Source of the DNA: Alphaproteobacteria bacterium
GTDB taxonomy: Bacteria; Pseudomonadota; Alphaproteobacteria; Bin95
Direction: 5' to 3'
Assembly (NCBI GenBank): GCA_964291285.2
Contig: OZ219787.1
Coordinates: forward strand, 416,001 to 480,000
DNA: 64,000 nucleotides
Numbering within the stretch: the first letter of the stretch is position 1; the number at the start of each line of letters is the position of its first letter. Of this stretch, positions 51,183 to 60,578 are shown one piece after another. A program made the translations under genes and the position numbers. Under the pieces are notes generated by a model. That model did no database searches. It had not been told where the DNA came from and was given only the letters and a program-made list of their open reading frames with translations.

Positions 51183-53089
51183 CCCAACTTGAACAGTCGG
51201 TGTCGATTTTTGCCGGGCGCGGTTTCGCCAAGTTGTTGAAATGATTGGATAGTGAGGTGATGATTGGCGCGGGTTGAGAAAAATGTAGTGAAACATTTTT
51301 GCTGATTTGGCCTTGTTTTCTTGATTGGTCGATATCGAAGACATACAACGCGGTCATGTTCGTGCGCGAAACGACCGCCCGGGGCCACCGCTATCTCTAC
51401 CTCGTGGAGAGCGTGCGCGAGGGCAAGCGGGTGCGCCAGCGCACGATCCGCGCGCTCGGCCGCAAGGACGTGTTGCAGGCGAGCGGGGAGCTGGACCGTC
51501 TGATCGCGTCCCTGGCGCGCCATTCGGAGCGGTCCGTGGTGCTGGAGGACATGGAGGCGGGCGCGCTGGCCTGCGTGCGGGTCGGCGGTCCGCTGCTGTT
51601 CGGTCGGCTGTGGGATCGGCTGGGCGTGGGCGCTGTCGTGAAGGAGCTTCTGGACGGTCGCGGCTTCGGGTTCGCCGTCGAGCGGGCGGTGTTTGTGAGC
51701 GTTCTGCACCGTCTGTTCGTGTCGGGTTCGGACCGGTCGTGCGAGAAGTGGATGGCCGACTACGCGATCGAGGGGATCGAGGGGCTGCGGCTTCATCAGC
51801 TGTATCGGGCGATGGCCTGGCTCGGGGAGGAGCTGGAGGCGCCGGCGGAAGGCGCGCTTGCGCCGCGCTGCGTGAAGGACGGGATCGAGGAGCGTCTGTT
51901 CGAGCACAGGCGGGACCTGTTCACCGACCTGTCTGTGGTGTTCATGGACACCACGACGCTGTCGTTCCACGGCGCGGGCGGCGAGACGCTGGGCGCGCAC
52001 GGCTACTCGAAGGACCATCGCCCGGACTTGCGCCAGATGGTTCTGGCGGTGGTGCTGGACGGCGAGGGCCGGCCTGTGTGCACGGAGATGCTGCCGGGCA
52101 ACACGGCCGACACCAGGGTGCTGCTGCCGATCGTGGACCGTCTTCGGTCACGCTTCGGGATCGGTCGTGTGTGCGTGGTGGCGGACCGGGGGATGATCTC
52201 GGCGGCGACGATAGCGGCGCTGGAAGAGCGGGGGCTGGACTACATCCTGGGCGCGCGCGAGCGGCGCACGAAGGTGGTCCGCGAGGTGGTGCTGAAGGAC
52301 ACGAAGCCCTTTGTGCCGCTGCTCCTCAAGCGTCCGCGCGGCGAGACGCAGCTGTTCGTGAAGGAAGTCACGGTGGGCGGCGCGCGCTACATCGTGTGCC
52401 GCAACGAGGCGGAGGCACAGAAGGACCGCGCCGACCGGCAGGCCGTGGTGGACGGCCTCCAGCGCCGCCTTGCGGACGGCGAGAAAGCGCTGATCGGCAA
52501 CAGCGCCTACCGGCGTTATCTGCGCCGCACGGGCGCGGGCAAGGCGTTCGAGATCGACGCCGGCAAGCTCGCCGAGGAGGCCGGCTTCGACGGCATCTTC
52601 GTGCTGCGCACCAACGCCGGCATGACGCCGCTCAATGCCGTGCTCCGCTACCGGGAGCTGCTCACGGTGGAAGACCTGTTCCGCCGGGCGAAGGCCCAGT
52701 TGCGCACCCGCCCGATCTACCACTCCTGCGACGCCGCGATCCGCGGCCACGTCTTCTGCTCCTTCCTCGCGCTCGTCCTCCAGAAGGAACTGGCCGACCG
52801 CTGCGCCGCCGCCAACGTCAACGTCGAATGGGACGACCTGATCCGCGATCTCGACCGCCTGCAAGAGGCCACCATCGAGAAGGACGGCAAGCGCATCACC
52901 ACCCGCACCCATGTCGAGGGCCAGGTCGGAAAGGTCTTCCAGGCCGTCGGCATCGCGCTGCCGCCGAACTGGCGCGAACACAAAGCCTGACCGTCCCCAA
53001 AATCAACGAAATGTAGTGGGTACACCCGGCGATGCCGGTGTAACTCCCTGTTCTATCGAATACTTTTAATCGTCACTGTTGAAGTTGGG
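51183..53089 (+). mobile_element. IS1634-family element B
   Basis: 15-bp IRs CCCAACTT(G/C)AACAGT; 5-bp TSD TTTGA at 51178..51182 and 53090..53094. Confidence 0.94.
51356..52990 (+). CDS. IS1634-family transposase
   Basis: FMDTTT, GYSKDHRPD, VADRG, VEDLFR and RPIYH motifs. Confidence 0.95.
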   Translation: MFVRETTARGHRYLYLVESVREGKRVRQRTIRALGRKDVLQASGELDRLIASLARHSERSVVLEDMEAGALACVRVGGPLLFGRLWDRLGVGAVVKELLDGRGFGFAVERAVFVSVLHRLFVSGSDRSCEKWMADYAIEGIEGLRLHQLYRAMAWLGEELEAPAEGALAPRCVKDGIEERLFEHRRDLFTDLSVVFMDTTTLSFHGAGGETLGAHGYSKDHRPDLRQMVLAVVLDGEGRPVCTEMLPGNTADTRVLLPIVDRLRSRFGIGRVCVVADRGMISAATIAALEERGLDYILGARERRTKVVREVVLKDTKPFVPLLLKRPRGETQLFVKEVTVGGARYIVCRNEAEAQKDRADRQAVVDGLQRRLADGEKALIGNSAYRRYLRRTGAGKAFEIDAGKLAEEAGFDGIFVLRTNAGMTPLNAVLRYRELLTVEDLFRRAKAQLRTRPIYHSCDAAIRGHVFCSFLALVLQKELADRCAAANVNVEWDDLIRDLDRLQEATIEKDGKRITTRTHVEGQVGKVFQAVGIALPPNWREHKA

Positions 53090-53259
53090 TTTGACCCGTT
53101 CACCGCGCCGTCCTGTTGTGGCGGGCATGCCGGCGGGGCGCTCGGGAAGGAGGCCCTTCGGACCCGACCGTCCCGCCGGAGTGTTCCGCTGCGATCACTG
53201 CGGGCGGTTCTGCGCCCGGGCGGTCTATCCGGGCCTGCGCCCGGCGCGAAGGGAGTGAG

Positions 53260-54765
53260 ATGGCGATCGACCAGCAGACCCGGGCCGAGATCCTGCGGCT
53301 GTATTTTGCCGAGAAGTGGCGGATCGGCACGATCGCGCGCCAGCTCGGCGTCCACCACGGCACGGTCGAGCGCGCGGTGGCGGCCGCCGGGGCGCCCACG
53401 CCTGAGAAGCGGCGCAGATCTTCGATGATCGATCCGTTCCTGCCCTTCGTCCGCCAGACCCTGGCGGTCTGGCCGAAGTTGCCCTCCAGCCGGCTCTACC
53501 GGATGGCGGTCGAGCGCGGTTACCGGGGGTGCGAGAGCCACTTCCGGCGCATGATCGCGCCCGAGCGTCCGCGGCCGGTGGCCGAGGCCTATCTGCGCCT
53601 CAAGGCCCTGCCCGGCGAGCAGGCCCAGGTCGACTGGGCCCACTTCGGCAAGGTGAGGATCGGGCGTGCGGAGCGCCCGCTGATGGCCTTCGTGATGGTG
53701 CTCGGCCACTCGCGCCGCCTCTTCCTGCGCTTCTACCTCAACGCCGGGATGGACAACTTCCTGCGCGGCCATGTCGAGGCCTTCGAGGCTTGGCAGGGCG
53801 TGCCCCGCGAGCTCTGGTACGACAATCTGAAGAGCGTCGTGCTGGAGCGGCGCGGCGACGCCATCCGCTTCAATCCCCGGCTTCTCGACTTCGCAGGCGC
53901 CTACCGCTTCCTGCCGAAGCCGGTCGCGGTCGCCCGAGGCAACGAGAAGGGCCGCGTCGAGCGGGCCATACGCTATGTGCGCGACAGCTTCTTCGCCGCC
54001 CGCGCCTGGCGTGACCTCGACGATCTCAACGCCCAGGCCCGGGAGTGGTGCGAGGGCGTCGCCGCCGACCGCCCCTGGCCGGACGACCGCTCCCTCACCG
54101 TGAGCGAGGCCTTCGAGCGCGAGCGCGGCTCCCTGATGGCGCTGCCCGACGACCGTCCCCCCGTCGACGAGAGGGTCGAGGTCAGGATCGCCAAGACCCC
54201 CTATGCCAGGTTCGACCTCAATGACTACAGCGTCCCGCATACCCATGTCCGGCGCACCCTCACCGTGGCCGCGACGCTGGAAGAGGTGCGCATCCTCGAC
54301 GGCATGGAGGTCATCGCCCGCCATCCGCGCAGCTTCGACAAGGCGGCCCGCATCGAGAACCCCGAACACATTGAGGAGCTGGTCAGGCGCAAGCGTCACG
54401 CCCGCAGCCTGCGCGGGCAGAGCCGGCTGCTCCAGGCCGCGCCCAACAGCGAGCGCCTGATCGCCGAGGCCGCCCCCCGCGGCGCTTATATCGGCGCCAC
54501 CGTCGCCGCCCTGCTGCGCCTGCTCGACCAATACGGCGCCGCCGAGCTCGAAGCCGCCATCGACGAGGCCCTCGAACGCGGCGTCCCCCATCCCAATGCC
54601 GTGCGCCTCAGCCTCACACGGCGGCGCGAACTGCAGGACAGGCCGCCGCCGATCCCCATCGACCTGCCCAGGGACCCGCGCGTGCGCGACATCGCCGTGC
54701 GCGATCACGATCTCGGCGGATACGACGGGCTGGCCGGCTACCATGAAAAGGACAGCGAAGAATGA
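53260..54765 (+). CDS. istA: IS21 transposase
   Basis: PGEQAQVDW, YDNLK and KGRVER motifs. Confidence 0.95.
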   Translation: MAIDQQTRAEILRLYFAEKWRIGTIARQLGVHHGTVERAVAAAGAPTPEKRRRSSMIDPFLPFVRQTLAVWPKLPSSRLYRMAVERGYRGCESHFRRMIAPERPRPVAEAYLRLKALPGEQAQVDWAHFGKVRIGRAERPLMAFVMVLGHSRRLFLRFYLNAGMDNFLRGHVEAFEAWQGVPRELWYDNLKSVVLERRGDAIRFNPRLLDFAGAYRFLPKPVAVARGNEKGRVERAIRYVRDSFFAARAWRDLDDLNAQAREWCEGVAADRPWPDDRSLTVSEAFERERGSLMALPDDRPPVDERVEVRIAKTPYARFDLNDYSVPHTHVRRTLTVAATLEEVRILDGMEVIARHPRSFDKAARIENPEHIEELVRRKRHARSLRGQSRLLQAAPNSERLIAEAAPRGAYIGATVAALLRLLDQYGAAELEAAIDEALERGVPHPNAVRLSLTRRRELQDRPPPIPIDLPRDPRVRDIAVRDHDLGGYDGLAGYHEKDSEE

Positions 54766-55556
54766 CCGACACCCTCATGAACCGCGCCCGCGCGCTGGGC
54801 CTGCACGGCCTCCTCGCCCATTGGGGCGAAGTCGCGGAGCGCGACTGGCTCGCCTCCCTGATCGCGTGGGAAGAAGATGAGAAGCGCGCCCGAAGCCTCA
54901 AACGCCGCCTCGCCGACGCCCGCCTCGGACAGTTCAAGCCGCTCGCAGACTTCGACTGGGACTGGCCAAGGCGCTGCGACCGCATGGCCGTCGAGGACCT
55001 CATGACCCTCGACTTCCTCAAGGAGGCCGCAAACCTCGTACTGGTCGGACCCAACGGCGTCGGAAAGTCCACCATCGCCGCCAATATCGCCCACCGCGCC
55101 GTCCTCGAAGGCCACATCGTGCGCTTCGCAACCGCCGCCAGCCTGCTCGGCGAACTCGCCGCCATCGACTCCGACACCCTGCTCCAGCGCAGGCTGCGCT
55201 TCTACGCCCGACAGCACCTGCTGGTCATCGACGAAGTCGGATATCTCTCCTACTCCAACCGCCACGCCGACCTGCTGTTCAACATCGTCTCAAGCCGCAG
55301 CCAGCAGAACTCAACCATAATCACCACGAACCGCCCCTTCGCCGAGTGGAGCGAGGCCTTCCCAAACGCCGCCTGCCTGGTCGCCCTCGTCGACCGGCTC
55401 GTCCACAACGCCGAGATCGTCGCCATCGACGGCGACTCCTGGCGCCGCAAGGAAGCCGAGGAACGTCAGAAGCAGCGCAGCGCCGAACGCCGCCGCCGGC
55501 GCGGACCGAAAGCCGGGCAAAGCACTGGAAAGGCGAACCCGGTCCCGTCGCCATAG
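54762..55556 (+). CDS. istB: IS21 helper AAA+ ATPase
   Basis: GPNGVGKS, LLVIDEVGY, TTN and DRLVH motifs. Confidence 0.96.
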   Translation: MTDTLMNRARALGLHGLLAHWGEVAERDWLASLIAWEEDEKRARSLKRRLADARLGQFKPLADFDWDWPRRCDRMAVEDLMTLDFLKEAANLVLVGPNGVGKSTIAANIAHRAVLEGHIVRFATAASLLGELAAIDSDTLLQRRLRFYARQHLLVIDEVGYLSYSNRHADLLFNIVSSRSQQNSTIITTNRPFAEWSEAFPNAACLVALVDRLVHNAEIVAIDGDSWRRKEAEERQKQRSAERRRRRGPKAGQSTGKANPVPSP

Positions 55557-55558
55557 CC

Positions 55559-56431
55559 ATGCATCCCTCCCGCCCCCGCGAGCGGCGGGTGCGGGCCGAG
55601 AGCCTGCGGGGCTATCCCCTCGAACCCGTCGCCCGAGCCCTCGGCTACCGCAGCGATCCCGACAATGCCGTGCGCTGGAGACGGCCAGGATCGGTCCTCT
55701 CCATCAACCGCTTCATGTTCTACGACCATCTGCGCGCAGAGGAGGGAGCCGGGGCTATCGAACTGGCGGTCCATGCGCTCGGATGCACCCCGCCGGACGC
55801 CATCGACTTCCTCGCCGAACTGTCCGACCTCTCAATGCCCCCAGGCGGCCGCCGGCAGGCGCCGGCCAAGGACCCCCGCTGGCCCAACCTCCGGCGATAC
55901 CTCGTCGAGCGGCGCGGCCTCGCGGACGCGCTCGTCACCCTGTGCCGCGACCTCGGCCTGGTCCATGCCGACCCTCACGGCAACCCCGTGTTCGTCCGCC
56001 GAAACGCCGCCGGCGAGGCTACCGGCATCGAAACCGTCACCGCTGACCGCAAAACGACCGCGGGCGGCGGCTTCTGGATGTCCTGGGAGACCGAATGGCC
56101 ACACGCCGTCATCCTGGCCGGCAACGCCCTCGACGCACTCTCCATCCTCTCCCTCCACCTCGGCCCGGTAAAACGCACCGAATGCGCCACCGTCTCCACC
56201 GGCGCCGTCGCCACCAAAGTCCCCAAATGGATCGAGGCATGGAACCCGCGCCTCATCTTCTGTGCATACGACGCCACCACAAACGGCGATCACGCCGCAA
56301 GGCGCCTCGCCCGCAACGACACCAGAATCGTCCGGCTGCGACCCGCACTCGACAACCGGGACTGGAACGACATGCTCATCCGCGACCGAGCCGGCGAACC
56401 AATCGAAACCGATGACCAACAGATCAACTGA
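55559..56431 (+). CDS. DUF3991 / Toprim primase-like passenger protein with degenerate active site
   Basis: GAIEL...DAIDFL, RYLVERRGL, ALDALS, AYDA and DWND motifs. Confidence 0.75.
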   Translation: MHPSRPRERRVRAESLRGYPLEPVARALGYRSDPDNAVRWRRPGSVLSINRFMFYDHLRAEEGAGAIELAVHALGCTPPDAIDFLAELSDLSMPPGGRRQAPAKDPRWPNLRRYLVERRGLADALVTLCRDLGLVHADPHGNPVFVRRNAAGEATGIETVTADRKTTAGGGFWMSWETEWPHAVILAGNALDALSILSLHLGPVKRTECATVSTGAVATKVPKWIEAWNPRLIFCAYDATTNGDHAARRLARNDTRIVRLRPALDNRDWNDMLIRDRAGEPIETDDQQIN

Positions 56432-56652
56432 AAAACCGCAACCGGCCGAAAAATGTCAGCGAATAGGCGCGCTCTGTAACCGTCGCTAACACCTCATCGC
56501 CGACAAGGCCTGTGACGCCAAATGGATCCGTGACCTGATCGAGCAACACGATGCCGTCCCGATCATCCCCGACCGCGAAGGCGCGAAGACCAGGCACGCT
56601 TTCTCCAAACCCTTGTATAAATTCAGACTTCCTGACCTCTGCTAATTTTGTT

Positions 56653-57679
56653 CCTGCTTATTCTCAAGGATCATCCTGCAATGAGTAGTTGATATGGGAT
56701 GGGTTGTGTTCTGACGGCGCTGTGAAGGAAGCGTGGGATCATGGAGTTGAGTTGGTATCGTCGGTTGTATCGCCATGCGAAGCTGGCGAGGTAGCGTTCG
56801 GCATGGTCGGGACCGAGCTTTCGGTAGGTTCCGGCGATGGCGCTCTTGATGTTGCCGAGGGTCGTGTTGACCCATTTGAAGGGGGCCATGCGGGCTGCCC
56901 GGCGGCCTGAGCCGGTACGGATGGCGCTGTGGCTTGCGGCGATGCCGTCGAGGGCGTTCCAGCAGTGCAGGGCATCGGTGACGACCTCCGTCCCCGGGGC
57001 CAGCCAGCGTTTGGCGCCGCGCGCGATCTCGCGCTTGCGGAAGCCCCTGACCGGGACGAGCTTGACCTTGCGCGGAGCCCCTTCGGCGCTGGTCGAGACC
57101 GCCGCCACGAAGGGCGTCTTGCCCGGCGCGCCCCGGCCGCGCTTGCCGCCGGAGCGCGACCCGCCGAGATAGGCGTCGTCCATCTCGACCCGTCCTTCGA
57201 GCCGCGTGTCGGCTTCGCGCCGGGCCATCACCGCCATGATCTTCTGCTTCATGCTCCAGGCGGTCGGCTGCCTGACCCCGAGGCGGCGACCGAGTTCCAC
57301 CGACGAAATGCCGTTCTTCGCCGTCACCACAAGGTGGATCGCCGCAAACCACAACGTCAGGGGCAGCTTGGTCGAGTGGAAGATCGTCCCCGACGTCACC
57401 GAAACCTGCTTCTTGCAGCGGTTGCACTGGTAAAGCCTGCGCCCGGCAAGAATGCAGTGCCCCCGATGCCCGCAGGAGCCGCACTCGAAACCGTTCGGCC
57501 AGCGCAATCGGGCTAGCACCGCCCGGCACTGATCCTCCGTGCCGAACGACGCTCGGAACGCATCGTCGCTCAAGCCACGAACACGCGATGCAACCTTGAA
57601 TGCCATATCCATGACCTCCCGATAACAGAAACCCTTCCAAACCTACAATCTCACAAGATGACTCTCAAGAATAAGCAGG
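56653..57679 (-). mobile_element. IS1595-family element, copy 2 (1027 bp)
   Basis: Same IRs as copy 1; TSD ATTTTGTT at 56645..56652 and 57680..57687. Confidence 0.95.
56671..57612 (-). CDS. IS1595-family transposase
   Basis: Translation identical to 1850..2791. Confidence 0.95.
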   Translation of the reverse strand: MDMAFKVASRVRGLSDDAFRASFGTEDQCRAVLARLRWPNGFECGSCGHRGHCILAGRRLYQCNRCKKQVSVTSGTIFHSTKLPLTLWFAAIHLVVTAKNGISSVELGRRLGVRQPTAWSMKQKIMAVMARREADTRLEGRVEMDDAYLGGSRSGGKRGRGAPGKTPFVAAVSTSAEGAPRKVKLVPVRGFRKREIARGAKRWLAPGTEVVTDALHCWNALDGIAASHSAIRTGSGRRAARMAPFKWVNTTLGNIKSAIAGTYRKLGPDHAERYLASFAWRYNRRYQLNSMIPRFLHSAVRTQPIPYQLLIAG

Positions 57680-60010
57680 ATTTTGTTTGGCACCGGTGCG
57701 CGCGGATTTTGGGGTTATGCCGACCTCGTAGACCATGCGCATACGGTTGCCGGGGAAGTGCGTTTCGGTGGCGTTGAGTTCGGCCAGAAGAGGCTTGATC
57801 TGGCGGTCGCAGGCGTCATTTGCGAGGCCGAGAATGCGGACCCGCAGGACGCCGTTGGCAGGGTCCGGCAGGATGTCGGCATCGGCGGTGAAGAGTGCCT
57901 GAAGCAGTTTCCGGGGGTGGGGCTTGTGGCCCTGCGCCTGCATGACGGGAAGCATCAAGCGGGTTTCAGCGCGGTAGGCGATCATGCGGATGATGTCGAG
58001 TAGGAGGCGCTCGCGTGAGGGCAAGGCATTGAGCTGTCCGGCTTCGTCGAGGTCGCCGGCCCGGCAGTGCGTGGGCACCTCCCTGCGGCTGGATCTGACA
58101 ATCTCACGGCCGCCCTCGAGGTCCCTGAGTTCCCTCTTGAGTTCGCCCGTCGGCTGCTTCCTGTGGGCGGCGTCGGCGATGCGGTTGCGCAGGCGGCCAA
58201 GCTGGTGGTCGAGGCGGCGGATTGCCTTGTCGTAGGCCCGCCGCAGCGGGCTGACGACCATGGTATCGGCAGCGAGAGGCTCGATCTCGTGGGTCGGCAG
58301 GGCGTCGAGATTGAACTCGTCGCGCATGTATTTGAAGAAGTTTTCCTGCGACCAGCGCGAGAACAAGGCGCCTGCGGCCTCCGCCACCGGCTTGTGCGGA
58401 TCGGTGGTGACCAGCGGAACCTGACGGCCGTTGTCGAGCAGGCGGCGGATCTGGCGCACCCTGAAGCCGTTCTTCAACGTCACCGGCTTCTCGGCCAGCA
58501 GCATGGTGGCGCTGGCGTTCGCCGCGGGTCCGTGAATGGGAACGATCATCGCACTGAAGTCCTCGGCCGGCCAGTCCCCGCCCCTGAAGTTCTTGTGCCA
58601 GGTCAGGCAGGCAATGCCGCGCCTGGCCAGCCGGCGAAACAGCTCCGGGCTCCAGCCCTCGCGGTCGAAGACCAGTGTGAGCACGGGCTGGCCGGGCTGC
58701 CCGGCGGTCAGGTCCGCTGCCCCGGCGTCGACGATCCCGAGCGCCTGCAACGCCGGCACCACGTCGGATTCGATCGCGGCGACCATCTTCGGGTCCAGCG
58801 GCTTGTGCAGGCACAGCAGGGGCTTGCCGCCCAAGGCGTTGATCCAGTAGCTGGTGCTCGCCGGCAGGCACAGCTTCTCGCGCGAGACGAAGTGTTTGGG
58901 CAGGCGCCCCTTGCGGCCGGCGTAGACCTTGACGTGCCCGTCAACGGCCAGCGTCGCCCAGAGCTCGGGCTCCTCCTCCTGCCAGCGTCTCGCAAGAGCG
59001 AGCTGCCACGCCTGCACGCTGGCTTCGTCGTTGGCCATGAGCCCGATCTTGCGCCGTAGCGTCTTGACCTCGGGGCAGCGGTCGAGACCGAGAACCGCAC
59101 CCCATTCGCCCGGTGCCTGGTAGCGCAGGCTCTCGGGGTTGCGCACCCGCGCCAGGGTCATGAAGGCCAGGAAGAGCAGGATCGTGGGCAGGCCGTAGTA
59201 GCCCTTCGACAGCAACGGCAGGAGGCCGGTCTCGCAGAGCAGGCCTTCCTTCAGCAGGGCCGGCAGGGCGGCGAGAACGCCGCCAAAGCGCACGCCGCGG
59301 GCGGCGGCGGTGAACTGCGGTTCGACCGGTCCCGCCTGCCCGCAGCTGGCCAACACCCGAGCCCGGACATCGCAAGTCGCGCGCCCCATCGGCGCCTGCC
59401 GGTCCCGCCGGTCGCGCGCGCTGCGATCCGTCTGCGCCTCCAGCCCCGCTGCCGTCGCCGGCCCGGCGGCACCGGCACTCTCGTCATCGACACTGCCCTC
59501 GGGCGCCCCACCCGCGTCAGGCGGCACCGCCACTGCCGCGCTGCCGCGCTCCCGACACGCCTCCGCGTTGCCGATCACCCCCTGCCGCCGCCACTTGTTG
59601 ACCGACGGCGCTGACACGCCGAGAACTCGGGCCACCGCAGAGCCGCTCAGGCCCCCTTCCAGCAACGCCGTCGCTTTCTCCGCCAGCTCCGGCGTGAACA
59701 CCGAAGGTCCCCGACCGCGCCGGGGCTTCAGAAACTCCGCTTCGCCCTCGGCCAGGTAGCGCCGTCGTGCGCGCTGGACCGTTGCACGCGAGACACCGAA
59801 AGCGTCGGCCAGATCCTGCCGCGAGACCGCGCTGATCGCAGCCAGGCGGCCGATCCGCAACAGCATGGCCGCGCGGTCATCGGCGGCGTGGCTGTCAAAG
59901 GGAACGAGGTTGGAGAAGTAGGTGAAGCTGTCGTCCGAAATCAGAATGGCGAAACAACTGCTGCCGATCGGAACCGCCTCCGGAGGGCTCAGGGGAAGGG
60001 TAATCGACAT
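57665..60010 (-). CDS. Large putative DDE transposase with two N-terminal HTHs
   Basis: HTH segments (LADAFGVSRATV; VARVLGVSAPSV); VDGH, VFDREG and RWSQENFFK motifs; bounded by IRs. Confidence 0.85.
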   Translation of the reverse strand: MSITLPLSPPEAVPIGSSCFAILISDDSFTYFSNLVPFDSHAADDRAAMLLRIGRLAAISAVSRQDLADAFGVSRATVQRARRRYLAEGEAEFLKPRRGRGPSVFTPELAEKATALLEGGLSGSAVARVLGVSAPSVNKWRRQGVIGNAEACRERGSAAVAVPPDAGGAPEGSVDDESAGAAGPATAAGLEAQTDRSARDRRDRQAPMGRATCDVRARVLASCGQAGPVEPQFTAAARGVRFGGVLAALPALLKEGLLCETGLLPLLSKGYYGLPTILLFLAFMTLARVRNPESLRYQAPGEWGAVLGLDRCPEVKTLRRKIGLMANDEASVQAWQLALARRWQEEEPELWATLAVDGHVKVYAGRKGRLPKHFVSREKLCLPASTSYWINALGGKPLLCLHKPLDPKMVAAIESDVVPALQALGIVDAGAADLTAGQPGQPVLTLVFDREGWSPELFRRLARRGIACLTWHKNFRGGDWPAEDFSAMIVPIHGPAANASATMLLAEKPVTLKNGFRVRQIRRLLDNGRQVPLVTTDPHKPVAEAAGALFSRWSQENFFKYMRDEFNLDALPTHEIEPLAADTMVVSPLRRAYDKAIRRLDHQLGRLRNRIADAAHRKQPTGELKRELRDLEGGREIVRSSRREVPTHCRAGDLDEAGQLNALPSRERLLLDIIRMIAYRAETRLMLPVMQAQGHKPHPRKLLQALFTADADILPDPANGVLRVRILGLANDACDRQIKPLLAELNATETHFPGNRMRMVYEVGITPKSARTGAKQNPAYS

Positions 60011-60165
60011 GGTTGAAATCTCGTATCCAGTGTCAAATTAAAATACCCGAACCTGGACACGGCAGCCAGCGAAAATCAGCCGAAACAGACGAAAAATGAA
60101 CCGAACTCAAAAAGTTCCCAGAACGCCGCCCGCAACAAACATCGTCACGAGGTCAGGAAGTCTGA

Positions 60166-60489
60166 GGCTATCTCCGGGATAATCCGAAGGTGTTCCTGAA
60201 CGCCGCCCGCAAGATCACGAGGCTTGGCCTGCATATCGGCCGCCCGCTCCGGTGCCAGTTCCGGGACTTGGCTCATCCCCGTGCCCGGCTGCTGTGGGCG
60301 CTGGCAATGCCCGGCGGTCTTTTCGGATATATACGCGACCGGCTCCGGGGCCTGCGGGCGCCTGTTGCCGATCCCGACATGTCGGCATGGGGCCCGGCCG
60401 CACCCCCGGAAACTCCGGTGCTTCATCCACCGCCCGAACGGTTCGGCAGGCCGTATCGAACGGGTGTTGAAAGCAGCCTTGGCGCATGA
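60166..60489 (+). pseudogene. 3' remnant of a gene cut by the IS (possibly a glycosyltransferase)
   Basis: Open frame begins exactly at the IR (GYLRDNPKVFLNAAR...LLWALAMPGG); product inferred from context only. Confidence 0.45.
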
Positions 60490-60578
60490 CCTCCCTCCGG
60501 CTAATCATCCCGAGACACCTGCCGCCCCCCACGGCCTACCCGATCAGAGCGCACCAGTTACGCAAGGAGGCTCGCCGG

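Larger units (their letters stand above)
50912..53258 (+). pseudogene. Cys-rich basic protein upstream of istA, interrupted by IS1634
   Basis: CASC...CRRC...YCSRPC; removing the IS restores the frame through RCDHCGRFC to a TGA one base before the istA ATG. Confidence 0.75.
50531..56491 (+). mobile_element. IS21-family element carrying two extra genes
   Basis: TG...CA ends (TGTAGGTGACGGT versus TGTTAGCGACGGT on the opposite strand); 5-bp TSD CCTCA at 50526..50530 and 56492..56496. Confidence 0.92.
49966..56622 (+). mobile_element. IS5-family (IS427-like) element, split by IS21 and truncated at its 3' end
   Basis: orfA 50039..50401 (DLTDFEW, GAPWRDLP), A6G frameshift site, orfB SRGGLTTKIH; resumes at 56497 as IADKACDAKWIRD...HAFSKPLYK. 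Confidence 0.9.
56623..60165 (-). mobile_element. Unclassified IS with a 781-aa transposase (contains IS1595 copy 2)
   Basis: Perfect 17-bp IRs TCAGACTTCCTGACCTC at 56623..56639 and 60149..60165; no TSD. Confidence 0.85.
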
